Part shown: piece by piece, positions 10,451-21,027 of the stretch | Layout of the letters: each line of letters starts with the position of its first letter | Numbering within the stretch: the stretch's first letter is position 1 | Source of the DNA: a virus | Lineage: Duplodnaviria > Caudoviricetes | Strand: one strand, 5' to 3' | DNA length: 64,000 nucleotides | Virus record (IMG/VR): IMGVR_UViG_3300014204_000110 | Position numbers and translations under genes: made by a program | Notes under the pieces: model-generated | Database searches by the model: none | What the model was told of the DNA's origin: nothing | What the model saw: only the letters and a program-made list of their open reading frames with translations

Positions 10451-11513
10451 TTAAGCTAATAGTTTATCTATATATTCTTTAGCTTTTTCTAGACTCCATG
10501 CATGTATGAAATATTCTCCTCTTGTTACATCTTCATTAGGAAATAAAGTATGTGCTGTTTCTTTTATAGTTGATCCAGTCCAATCTATGTTAATTACTCT
10601 TTTACGCCATCCTATTTTAATTATACCTTTATTTGTTGTTACTAAAAACCAAGGTTTATGTTTACAACAATAGCTAGAACAATATTCATTTGGAATTTCT
10701 TCTACGAATATTGGACAGCTAAATAGTTTTAAAATGTTTTCTTTATTTATTCTGTTATATTCTATTTCTTTTGGATCAAGTTTTTTTGTTTCTGAAAGAA
10801 GTTCATTTATAATTATAGATATATGTTCATCTATAATTATTTTATCATTTTCAGTTAAAGTTCGATTTAAATCTAAATACAACTCTAAATTAATTCCAGA
10901 ACTTTCATAACTATAAATTTTGTTAATAACATACTCCTTTATTGAAATAGTTTTGCTATTTTATTGATTATATTTGATCTTTGTTCTTTTGATGGAGTAT
11001 CTACATCACATAATAAATCTTTCATTTCACATAAAGTTTGTTTTAAATTATTTAAAGTATCTCCAAGAAATTCATCATTATATATTATTTTAATTATTTC
11101 ATAAAGATCTTTCTTTGTTAATGTTATATCATGACAATATGTATTATCAACTATATATAAAGACGTTCCAAATTCTTTACCTTCAAAAAATCCTGATAAA
11201 CATATTTCTCTATCTCCATCAGAATTTTTAGAATTAAATTTAGCAATTTTTGTGACCATAATTACTCCTTTATTTGTTTATATAATTTATTGTTATATGT
11301 TCTTAAAATTACTTTGTCTTTTTCTTCTAATGGTTTATTACATGGAATTGTTAATAGTAATCCACATTTTACACACCATGTAATACCAAATTTGTTATCT
11401 CTTATTTTATGTTTATTTTTAATACAATTATTATCAATATAATTAATAACTTTATATTTTTTGATAGATTTTATTATACCTGTTTTTGAGTTTATTATTA
11501 TTATTTCTATCAT
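10451..11513 (-). CDS. Three hypothetical proteins (10451-10882, 10939-11259, 11262-11513)
   Basis: First has the conserved phage PNEYC..PWF..T..G.IKIGWRKRVI.IDW pattern. Confidence 0.6.
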
Positions 11514-11517
11514 TGTA

Positions 11518-13260
11518 TTAATCCTTATCGAGATGCTCGGTTATAAGTTTAGCTGCTCTTGCTTCTCCACCTAAACGTCCATGTACTTTATATACCTTTC
11601 CGACATAATCATTCTTATTGTTTAACATATCTAGACATGTTTGTTTATCTCCCAAATTACCAGGGCCTAACTTATACATACGATTACTTTCAAGACTTTT
11701 AAACCATACTACTCCTGAGATGTTATCTTTTTCTGTAACTTTAAGATCGATGCTTTCAATCTTCCAATCATGTTCATCTCCCCATACTTTAACTTTATAA
11801 CCATCATTAATAGAAAGTCCTTTAGGAACTCCAACGAGACCTTCATGATCAGTTCTAAGTTTAGCTTTAGCCATTGGAACGATCTTCCAATAACGACTAT
11901 CAAGAACACTACACAAGGTAGACTGAAGATATCTGTTCTTGTGAAACTCCAAGTTTGTAGTTTCTTGTTGTTTAAATTTATCGAGCCTATAGATGTATAC
12001 TTCTGGAAAGATATCGGTACTCCTGACTTTATGTGAGTTGAGAACGCCTGCGACTTGGCTTGCAGATAGGAAAGACCAACAGATATTTTCGGCTCCTTTA
12101 ATATCCCACAGATAGTTAAGTATTCTACCAATCCTTGTATATCTGTAGAATACCAGTTCTGCCATACCTTGGCTTCTGATAGCTGTTGGTTTATCGATGA
12201 GTTCACTTGCTTTATAAGAATATTCAATTCTATGACTAGTGTTCTTGGACATTCTCGGGGAAAATATTTTGAAACTTTCATTTCTTTCAATTTTTCCAGA
12301 GCTTGTAAAATAGCAACTTGCTCCATCCATTTTTCTGGATATTGTTCCATGATCAACCTTTCTTAGAAACTCAGATTTAAAATCTTCTGGTTGAATCATT
12401 TTAAGATGAAGTCTATCTTTAAATGGTTCATCTCTTGGAATAAGTGTACCAACAATAAGTATTGGTGCAGATGTTTTACTTCCTTCATGTATTTTATACA
12501 CATATAAGCCTTGGTCTGCATTTATTAAAGGAGCGTATACATGAAGTGAAGATTTAACTTCTGGATGATAAAATTCACATTGATCTTTAAATATCACTTG
12601 TCTTGTAAATCCCTGTCCATACCCTTTAAGATTTGATCGCTCTGGATCATAACTCCAATCACAAGTAGCATTAGAAAGTGTATGATCATGATTCCAGACT
12701 ACTCGACTATTCTTAGCTATTTCATTTTTAAGATGATCCAGAAGTATCTGTTTACTATCCTCTGTTAGACGACCTTTAGAATTATATTTAAGATCATTTT
12801 CAAATGGTTTACCACTGACACGATAGACCATCGATAGATGTCCAATATGTAAGTCTATGTGTTTACCTGCTTTATGTGCGTCATGGTAAACTATTACTAG
12901 AGGTCTGATGATACGATTATTAATCAGGCTTTTATTTGTTGAAGTTATCCAGCTTCTTCTAGATGCTCCAAGACCATTTAAAAGCCAATCTTTTGGATAT
13001 TGTTTTGCTATTGAATGACCTTTATTGACATAACTTGAGGCTTTATTTATAAACATAAAATTACATATTTTAGAAGATATTGTATCTGAAAGTATATTTT
13101 CTATACTTTTATGTTTAATAAGATCTCGTGTTATGTTAATTATTTGAGGAATGTATCTAGAATACTTAAATTTACTGAGGCTCCATAAAGATGGATTTAC
13201 TGTTAAAAAGCCTTGTCTGCCTTTTATTAAGTTCTGTGTTATTTGCTGTAACATAATCAT
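11518..13260 (-). CDS. LigD-like 3'-phosphoesterase fused to an ATP-dependent DNA ligase-like domain
   Basis: PE motifs HDAHKAGKHIDLH, HDHTL, GYGQG; ligase motifs KMDG (I), EGLV (IV), KVK (V), then a probable OB-fold C-terminus. Confidence 0.7.
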   Translation of the reverse strand: MIMLQQITQNLIKGRQGFLTVNPSLWSLSKFKYSRYIPQIINITRDLIKHKSIENILSDTISSKICNFMFINKASSYVNKGHSIAKQYPKDWLLNGLGASRRSWITSTNKSLINNRIIRPLVIVYHDAHKAGKHIDLHIGHLSMVYRVSGKPFENDLKYNSKGRLTEDSKQILLDHLKNEIAKNSRVVWNHDHTLSNATCDWSYDPERSNLKGYGQGFTRQVIFKDQCEFYHPEVKSSLHVYAPLINADQGLYVYKIHEGSKTSAPILIVGTLIPRDEPFKDRLHLKMIQPEDFKSEFLRKVDHGTISRKMDGASCYFTSSGKIERNESFKIFSPRMSKNTSHRIEYSYKASELIDKPTAIRSQGMAELVFYRYTRIGRILNYLWDIKGAENICWSFLSASQVAGVLNSHKVRSTDIFPEVYIYRLDKFKQQETTNLEFHKNRYLQSTLCSVLDSRYWKIVPMAKAKLRTDHEGLVGVPKGLSINDGYKVKVWGDEHDWKIESIDLKVTEKDNISGVVWFKSLESNRMYKLGPGNLGDKQTCLDMLNNKNDYVGKVYKVHGRLGGEARAAKLITEHLDKD

Positions 13261-15095
13261 CCAATCGTTTATGACATATTGAACAATATTTAACGTTTTT
13301 TATTATATTTGGATCTGCATTATGATTACATTTTTCTTGTCGTTCAATTATATCTATAAGATCCATGCGTTCTCCATTGCATAATTGTTACAAGAAATGT
13401 TATAATTAGAACTGCTATTACTGGAATAACCATTGATGCTTCTATCCATAATGGAAGAGTTATCATAAATGGTACTTGTACAAGAAGTGTCGTAAGACCA
13501 ATTCCAGAAAGTGTTAAGATGATTACACTTTCAAAATTATTAAATAAATCTTTAAAAATATCAACTATTTTGGATATAACTTGTTTAAATAATCTTTTAA
13601 TAAAGTTCATGATATAATAATCCTATTATTAGATGGAACACTTTCAAATGGAAGTGATGGCTCATCAAAACGTTTGTTTTTACGTCTATATTCTCGATCT
13701 TTTTTGATTTTATCTTTAAGATTAAAATCTGAATATTTATCCATTTCATTAAGATGATATGAAATTATTTTATTGATATTACTTTGAGTAGATGGAGAAA
13801 TCATTCTTGATGTCCTTTAGTTAAAGATTTTGCAACTTTACGTGATTGATCTTCGGAATAAGCTTCTAGAATTTCTTGTTCTTTTTGATCATGAGCTTGT
13901 TTAATTCTTAAAGGTGCTGATGCTAAAATAGCAATAACTTGTTTAATTTCAGTAATATGATTATCAATTTCATTCTTAAGTTTAGGTTTGACTACTTTTT
14001 TCATATCTTTAAGAGCTGACCAAAGACCTTTAAGTTCACTAATTGTATATTCAAACATTTAAAATCCTTTAATAGATGGAGTATTAAGTATGAAAAAGAT
14101 AAGATTTATTGCTGCTAAGATATATAAGTATTTCATAGTTATATTTCTATAAAATCATTAGGAAGGTTTAGTTTAAAATAATCATTATAACCTTTAATAT
14201 ATCCATCCATATATGCATTTTGATTTTCTTCACATACTAACCCTAATATACTAAAAGCTTGATCGTGTGTTAATCCTGTAGATATAAGATTTTGTACAAG
14301 TTTTTTCTGATCCATATTATTTCTTTCTGTTAATTTTACGACTTTGTTTTTGTTGTTTAACTTTATCTTTTTTAATTTTATAAGGTTTCTTTCTATTTGT
14401 ATTTTGATGTAAATGTGGAAATGCTTTTGTTTGATATTCAGATCTTGGATGTTTAATTGGATCAGTCCATCCTCCAGATATGTAATCAAATGGTGTATAA
14501 ATCATATAATCCTTTCAGTATTCATTTAACATAAGTTCAATAGCTTTATGATCATAATCTTTTGGTTTAAGATTTAATGATATACTTTCTCCATAACAAG
14601 ATACTTCATATTGTGAATTAGTATATCTAATTGCACAAAAACCTGCTGAAGTGATATTAAAATGTTTAAATTCAGAATGTTTTTGACTTGTTGAAAATAA
14701 GATTGGTTGAGTATCATTAACTACTACATATTTCATTTCTTTAGTAATATATTCTCCTTTTCTTTGCAAACTTTCTTTTTTAAAAGAAAAGTTTCTTATG
14801 ATTAGAACGTTTAAAATAAAGATAAATAACAAGTACCATAAACTACTTCATTTGTTTCTATTTCAATTTCAGTTATACAAACCATTAATAAAGGAATCTG
14901 TCCATATGTATGATGTAATGTATTACGAAAAGATATATCAAGTTTATATTTAATAAAATTATTATTAAATATTATTCTTCTAATATCTTTTGGACGTTTA
15001 AATCGAGTTACACAATCCCATACAAAATATACTATATGTTTATATGTGTGACATATTAAAATAAGTATATTAAGTATTAATCCAATTAATACCAA
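13172..15095 (-). CDS. Cluster of small hypothetical proteins (13172-13366, 13344-13610 two TM segments, 13607-13804, 13801-14058, 14139-14489, 14317-14505, 14515-14832, 14811-15095)
   Basis: Tightly packed ORFs; several starts uncertain. Confidence 0.5.
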
Positions 15096-15334
15096 TGATA
15101 GTTATATTTTCTTAATCTTGTAGTAATACATTCATATAATGAAAGCATACTTTTATTTATAGACATATATCCTCCTGTTAGTTAAATATCATTGATTAGT
15201 ATTAATTATACTATATATTGTATTATATTACTATTATATACTACACATAGTATTTAATACCATTAATTTGTACCTGGCAAATCTAAAAATTTCATATTTT
15301 CATTGATTTCTCCCGCAATGGTAAAATTGTATAA

Positions 15335-15550
15335 TTACTTATCTGACTTAGGGATAGTAATAGTCATAGACGTATGGTCTTTGAATATGATGCTATTTTC
15401 TATTGTTACAAGTCTACGTATAGGTAGATCTGTGTTATTTACACGAAATCCTATGATACTATTGCCAAATTGTATCCATTCATTGGTAAGAGGTCTATAG
15501 AATTCATCAGTTGGTAGTAGTGGAGTGTTGATATCTAGAAGGATATGCAT
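15335..15550 (-). CDS. Hypothetical protein, paralogue of 16191-16463
   Basis: Shared ILL...L..TDE.Y...W...IRR..TI pattern; AAGGAG RBS. Confidence 0.65.
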   Translation of the reverse strand: MHILLDINTPLLPTDEFYRPLTNEWIQFGNSIIGFRVNNTDLPIRRLVTIENSIIFKDHTSMTITIPKSDK

Positions 15551-15802
15551 GATATAGCTCCTTTATAGGTGAATTATATGTGTATAAATACCTTGAAATA
15601 ATTAAATAATTCATGTATAAACAGTTAATATATACATAAATTCTTTACAAAACACATATATATTTATGGTGTATACCACAATATATAGTAATTTACAGAT
15701 AATAAGTGATTTGAGCAAAATCAATGACTTACAGAAATAACCTCCATGTTATTAGAGTTTTTAATAAATCTGAAATTATCAATTTTATACCATAGGTTGT
15801 GG

Positions 15803-16129
15803 TTAATAAAATCTATTATCATAATCATATTCATCATCTATATCTGGATAAGCTGCATATTTTTCAGTTACTACTGGTTCAATACCTGCATTACTTAAAG
15901 CTATTTGATTTTCAATTTCAACCATAAGATCAAAATTTAGATCTTTATGTATTGATGCTCCAAGTATGTTAATACCGATAATAGCTAGAAGTGTAGCTCC
16001 TTTTTCATGAATGCAATCTTTGCAGTTAGTATCTGGATTTGATAATGGACATGGTATATTTTGTTCTGCTATACATGAATATAATCCTCTAGAGATAAGT
16101 TCTTCTTTTACTGCATTGAGAATAGACAT
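15803..16129 (-). CDS. Hypothetical protein
   Basis: AAGGAG RBS; Cys-rich segment; acidic tail. Confidence 0.65.
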   Translation of the reverse strand: MSILNAVKEELISRGLYSCIAEQNIPCPLSNPDTNCKDCIHEKGATLLAIIGINILGASIHKDLNFDLMVEIENQIALSNAGIEPVVTEKYAAYPDIDDEYDYDNRFY

Positions 16130-16190
16130 AGATACTCCTTTGATAAATGTTTAATATGTTATATTAACCCCTCGTTACACTCGGGGGAGT

Positions 16191-16463
16191 TTATAGTTGA
16201 ATTGATATTGACATAGTTATTTTATTTTTTTCTTGATAAAATCCTTTGTTAGTATTAATAGTTATTTTTCTACGTATATTACCAAATACATTATGATAAT
16301 ATGTAGTATTTGACCATTCTTTTGGTATTTGCTCCCATGAGTTATTTATATATCTTTCATCAGTTGATATTAGTCTCATGGTGTTAGTTAGTAGTATGTA
16401 TATATCGTTATCGTAAGAAACTGGATTCCAATTCATAACATTCTCCTTTATGCTAATTTCCAA
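16191..16463 (-). CDS. Hypothetical protein, paralogue of 15335-15550
   Basis: See paralogue. Confidence 0.6.
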   Translation of the reverse strand: MEISIKENVMNWNPVSYDNDIYILLTNTMRLISTDERYINNSWEQIPKEWSNTTYYHNVFGNIRRKITINTNKGFYQEKNKITMSISIQL

Positions 16464-16837
16464 CTATCTTTATTTGTTTTAATTCTTGGAGATATAAAAT
16501 GTCTATGTATCTTTAATAACAATGATGCAGTGAATCCTATAGATAGACCTATTAAAGCTCCATATACACCTCCAGACATGCCAATACTTCCCATTGCTAA
16601 TGCTACACCTACGTCTAGAACAATTGGTGCGCCTTTGGGTAATATACTTATAAATCTGAATGGATAAGCCATTCTATTCTTGATATTACTATGTTTATCT
16701 GTATATACATTAAGAGACTTTAATGCTTTAAAGAATGGTAACATTTCGTTATAAGTTAATATAACGTTTATGATAGCTATCAATGTACCGATACATAGAA
16801 TGATTAACATAAGTCCTCCTTGGTAGATATTAAACAT
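16448..16837 (-). CDS. Membrane protein (likely start ATG at 16810)
   Basis: AAGGAGG RBS; three hydrophobic segments. Confidence 0.65.
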   Translation of the reverse strand: MFNIYQGGLMLIILCIGTLIAIINVILTYNEMLPFFKALKSLNVYTDKHSNIKNRMAYPFRFISILPKGAPIVLDVGVALAMGSIGMSGGVYGALIGLSIGFTASLLLKIHRHFISPRIKTNKDSWKLA

Positions 16838-16867
16838 CAGACATAAACAAAGAATTAAAAATAAAAA

Positions 16868-16908
16868 AGGTAAGTTACTCTATCTATTTCTAGATATTTC
16901 ACTTACCT
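16868..16908. terminator. Probable bidirectional terminator hairpin
   Basis: AGGTAAGT...ACTTACCT inverted repeat flanked by an A-run and a T-run. Confidence 0.5.
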
Positions 16909-16914
16909 CTTTTT

Positions 16915-17360
16915 GATCAGTGAGGAGATTTAAACTATAGACAATTAGCTAACCGACTCAAATGCCTTTGAGAATGAATTATCTATTACTCCTACTACAT
17001 GTAGCAACGCTTGTAGACTATCTCTGGCTTCTAGATTGAAGCAATACGCAGTAACAGAGATATACCTTTGCTGGTGTTGCTAAATTCCAGTTCAGTCACA
17101 CTGATCTCTTTTTATATAATGGATTTTCGATAGTTAAAAATGATAGTCTAACTGTGTACTATCTGGGATTGTTTGACGGTAATCCTACTTTTTAGTGGTC
17201 TACACATATTGACTTTTTGACTGGAACCATATTCAATATGTAGATATACTCCACTCAGTAACCATAACCAGTTGAGGTGTTAAATGGGCTGCTTGCACCC
17301 TGTGTGTTTCTATTCTACATTACATAGAGTAGTCATTCCAGACGCGTGGTAAGCAGCCAT
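16915..17360 (-). ncRNA. Putative structured non-coding RNA(s)
   Basis: No ORF; nested inverted repeats GATCAGTG/CACTGATC (16915/17099), TATCTCTG/CAGAGATA, ACATATTGA/TCAATATGT, GGCTGCTT/AAGCAGCC. Strand inferred from neighbours. Confidence 0.45.
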
Positions 17361-17468
17361 TAATCAGACATAAATTTAACGGGAATTCATATAAACTCCT
17401 ATAGATGTTAGAAGTTGAACGTTGATAAACATACTAACACGTAAACTAATCAATAATCAGACATAAAC

Positions 17469-17618
17469 TTATTTGTGTATTACCTTACACTTGATCTCAC
17501 GATTGTTGAGCAATCTGGCTGCATGTGCTGACATCTTTGTGATGGTGATCTTGGAGATGTTGTGAGCCATCGGTGACTCACTGAACTGACGAAATGAACC
17601 TTTAACTCTGATAAGCAT
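17469..17618 (-). CDS. Small basic protein, 49 aa (MLIRVKGSFRQFSESP...VIHK)
   Basis: Below the ORF-track size cut-off; AAGGAGT RBS. Confidence 0.6.
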   Translation of the reverse strand: MLIRVKGSFRQFSESPMAHNISKITITKMSAHAARLLNNREIKCKVIHK

Positions 17619-17946
17619 ACTGAACTCCTTTGATAATAAGTTGTATGTAATGATAGATATAACTTACTTAGATGTTACCGTTTACCGTTCTGATGACGGA
17701 CTGATTCTCCTCGATTTTCAGTTATATCTATCTATAATATTCAGACATAAATTTCTTTATGTTTTTGAAAATAAAATGAACTTTATGCTTGTAGAAAACA
17801 ACCTATTAATGTATTTAATAGATACGTTAATAAGATGTTTTTGCTTACTTTTTATAAAAAAGTAACAACATGGCAGTATCCTTGTAAAATAAAAAGCCAT
17901 ATCCAGATACAATACAGATCTCTGGATACAGCTTTAACCAAAGGAG

Positions 17947-18309
17947 TTACTTGTTAAACTCTGAATTAAACCCTTCCTGAGCTTTCTTCAAAGTGTTATT
18001 GGCAATCTTACCCACGAACATACCCGATACTTTGAACACATTACTTACTGCTGATGTAGCATCCTTTGCTACTTTCTGACGATTCTCTTCCTTGAGGGAG
18101 TTATTGATAAGCTGAGTAGCATTATCAATAGTACTATCAACCTGTGCTCTGATAACTTTGACAATGTCTTTCTTGTCCTTGTTAGCCAGAGTATCGATCC
18201 CATCGGCAGTAGTCTGGAGTGAAGTAGCCAAACTGGTAAACAAACCTTTTAACATAACAAACTCCTTTATAAAATGCATGGCACTTAATTGGCTCGTATT
18301 TCTGTTCAT
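17947..18309 (-). CDS. Hypothetical helical protein (likely start ATG at 18255)
   Basis: AAGGAG RBS precedes MLKGLF. Confidence 0.6.
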   Translation of the reverse strand: MNRNTSQLSAMHFIKEFVMLKGLFTSLATSLQTTADGIDTLANKDKKDIVKVIRAQVDSTIDNATQLINNSLKEENRQKVAKDATSAVSNVFKVSGMFVGKIANNTLKKAQEGFNSEFNK

Positions 18310-18570
18310 AATGACTTTGAAATTTCATAAGGATTAACCATGTGTCTTTCCTATATGAAACTCTGAAATATTCCAAATTTACTGTCCATGCACAATAATC
18401 AGACATAAATTTGCCTGTTATATTTCATCCATTCATACAGGCTTTTGAATAGACAATCAATGTCATTTCATCTACACACTACTTAACCATCATTAAGTAT
18501 TATTGAATCATGTAGATATAGATGCGATTAAGTACGCAACTAACTATTCAATAATCAGACATAAATATTC

Positions 18571-18771
18571 TTATTGTTGTGAACCTCGACAATAAGCAGA
18601 TATCTCTGAGGGAGACAATCTCGATAATCCAGCAGTCTGGATAAACGAAAGATCCTCTTGAATAGCTTCATTAAGATCTTTAATAGTATCAAGATTTAAT
18701 ATACCTTTATGTGAGTTATATATGAAACTTCCATCCTGTCTGGAATCAATGATGGTCATAATGTTAGGCAT
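18571..18771 (-). CDS. Hypothetical protein
   Basis: AAGGAG RBS. Confidence 0.6.
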   Translation of the reverse strand: MPNIMTIIDSRQDGSFIYNSHKGILNLDTIKDLNEAIQEDLSFIQTAGLSRLSPSEISAYCRGSQQ

Positions 18772-18968
18772 AACTAACTCCTTTGGTTAGAATAGTTTTG
18801 CTTACTTTTTCAAAAGTAACTAATAGTTAATACATCTGACATAAATTTGTATTTATGTTTTTCTTGGTAAGAACAATAATATATGATGCTTGAATATACT
18901 CTCTCTTAGAACTGAGGGAGAAGTAGATAGTTTTTGACTAGAACTATCTTAAACTAGATATCTAGATA

Positions 18969-20249
18969 TTACTTAAGCATTGCTTTCACTTGATTGCAAT
19001 ACTCATTAACATTACTTATCCATAAGTTCCACATCTGAAAGTATACAATTCCTCCTCTAAGTTTAGTTATATTACGGTTATGCACCATAAAGCCTTCATC
19101 ATAAGCCAACTGTACTTGATCAGCATAGAACTTCAAACATTTATCCTTTCCAATTATACGATGTTGATGAGAGTTACAGAACTTACCTCTTATGTAATCA
19201 GTAACCAATACAAAACCTTCTTTCATTGTTGGTGTGGGTTCGTATACGTCGATTATACGATGTTTACGTAATGCAGGATTAACTGGTTGAGGTTTATACT
19301 TACTGTTCTCTATGTACTCTAGAGTGTGTTTAGGATGATAATCTATTACATCGTGATTCTTTCTAAATGTTGCATGAGACATCATAATACTTTGAGCATA
19401 TCTCATCTTACCAGAGTTCTTAACACCTCCAGTAAGTTCACAGATATAATCACATTCGTCTTCAGTAATAAATCCTTCATGAAGCTTTTCAATAGCAATA
19501 TCATAAGCTTTAGTAGGATCTTTACCAATATAGAATATCATACTCTTCCAGAACTTAAGATGAGCTTTATCCTGATGAGTACCAGACTCATTAGCTACAA
19601 GATCATAATCAGATTCAGTTAATTGTCTAGCATCATCATTATAGTTATTACAAACATTCTCATCATACTCATCATCAGTATCTTTGTATAACTCTCTGAT
19701 AGTATCTTTGTTACTCCATATCCATTTAGCCAGAGATCTATCAAGTTTAAGTTTCTTAAGAGCTTTGATATCAAGCATACCTTTATGATCAGTATACCAT
19801 TCAAGATTGAATCTTGTAACAGTATCCTTTTCATATTTATCATTAGAACATACAACTTCTTCGAATATATCCCATTGTTTAGGATGATAGTCTTTATTAC
19901 CATAAATATTATCACCAGGACCATCTACAGCAAAGTCATCACGTATATCAGGAGCGGTGCTATCTGCTAAGATACCAGTAGGACTTATCCATAATCCATC
20001 CTCACAGATATCTAGACTATTTCCTTCTTTATCAAACCTTTGAGGACCATACTCATCAGAGTTACTGTGATACATAACGTTCTCCTTTGATTTATGTGTA
20101 TCAGTAAAAGTTACTTCATGATTTGAAAGATCATACTCAGATAACTTACCATTAGCTTTAGCAATAAGACGATTAATGATCATCTGATTAGAAATAGTAC
20201 GATTCATGATAAACTCCTTTGGTAAAAGTTTAGTTAATTGATACTTCAA
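18969..20249 (-). CDS. Hypothetical protein (likely start ATG at 20208)
   Basis: Long acidic ORF with AAGGAG RBS. Confidence 0.7.
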   Translation of the reverse strand: MKYQLTKLLPKEFIMNRTISNQMIINRLIAKANGKLSEYDLSNHEVTFTDTHKSKENVMYHSNSDEYGPQRFDKEGNSLDICEDGLWISPTGILADSTAPDIRDDFAVDGPGDNIYGNKDYHPKQWDIFEEVVCSNDKYEKDTVTRFNLEWYTDHKGMLDIKALKKLKLDRSLAKWIWSNKDTIRELYKDTDDEYDENVCNNYNDDARQLTESDYDLVANESGTHQDKAHLKFWKSMIFYIGKDPTKAYDIAIEKLHEGFITEDECDYICELTGGVKNSGKMRYAQSIMMSHATFRKNHDVIDYHPKHTLEYIENSKYKPQPVNPALRKHRIIDVYEPTPTMKEGFVLVTDYIRGKFCNSHQHRIIGKDKCLKFYADQVQLAYDEGFMVHNRNITKLRGGIVYFQMWNLWISNVNEYCNQVKAMLK

Positions 20250-20359
20250 TTACTTCTTCATCATTAATAACATCAAAGACACGTTCAAACTCAGATACAT
20301 CTAGAAACTGATCATCATAATCTTGAATAGACATGATATTACTCCTTTGATTAAGTTAA

Positions 20360-20569
20360 TTAAAATTCAAATTTACCAGACATTATTTCTTCAAGTAGAT
20401 CAGCACATTCTTTACCAATAACTGGTTCTTTAGGATCTTTATGTACAGGACTTTCTTGTACTGTGCATAGATCATAGTTACAGTTCTTACAGATAAAAGA
20501 CTGTGGGTTATCTACTGTAGCAGGCATACCACAACCATCACATACAACTAGATACTTTGACTTAGACAT
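20360..20569 (-). CDS. Small zinc-ribbon protein
   Basis: CDGC...CKNC; AAGGAG RBS. Confidence 0.65.
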   Translation of the reverse strand: MSKSKYLVVCDGCGMPATVDNPQSFICKNCNYDLCTVQESPVHKDPKEPVIGKECADLLEEIMSGKFEF

Positions 20570-20760
20570 GACATACTCCTTTGTTTATGGTTATTAATCA
20601 ATGAAACTTAAATTAGCGATTACTACTATAGCTATACATACTACAGCTATTACTAACCTCAATGTACCAGCATGTACACTAAGCTTACTACATCTAGATA
20701 CAAGATTAGATTGTATATACATATCTAATCCTTTCTATTGTTGATTGTTATTAATAAGTA

Positions 20761-21027
20761 CTAGTTAACAATACCACTATCACTAGCAAGCGTGCCTTGT
20801 ACATCAAAGTATGATGCAATAAGCATATACGTTGCTACTGCTTTACTACGATTAAGACAACTAATACGATCACTAAGCTTATGATCTTTTTCAACAAAGA
20901 CCATACTATCAATTAATGTAACAGTAAACATAAAACCTCCTAGAAAAGTGTGTAAGTTATTGTTTTGTATAAAGTTACCCAGTGAGCTCTTATCTTCTGT
21001 AAAGTAATAATATAATACTAATAACAC
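20761..21027 (-). CDS. Hypothetical protein (likely start ATG at 20931)
   Basis: AGGAGG RBS. Confidence 0.5.
   Translation of the reverse strand: MLLVLYYYFTEDKSSLGNFIQNNNLHTFLGGFMFTVTLIDSMVFVEKDHKLSDRISCLNRSKAVATYMLIASYFDVQGTLASDSGIVN

Larger units (their letters stand above)
16837..18845 (-). repeat. Dispersed intergenic motif TTTATGTC(T/A)GA
   Basis: Plus-strand TCAGACATAAA at 16837, 17364, 17457, 17741, 18399, 18555; variant TCTGACATAAA at 18835 and 9934. Confidence 0.8.

Noticed and set aside
15208-15690. NrdR-box-like sequences at 15208-15222 and 15676-15690
   Set aside because: Single, AT-rich matches far from nrdJ; chance occurrence is plausible.
17285-17730. Hammerhead ribozymes (CTGATGA at ~17690; CTGGAATGA...GAAAC on the minus strand at ~17306-17341)
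   Set aside because: The first lacks a correctly placed GAAA; the second has a non-canonical core.
16837-18845. CRISPR array from the repeated 11-mer
   Set aside because: Repeat too short, spacing irregular (about 90-660 nt), genes lie between copies, no cas genes.
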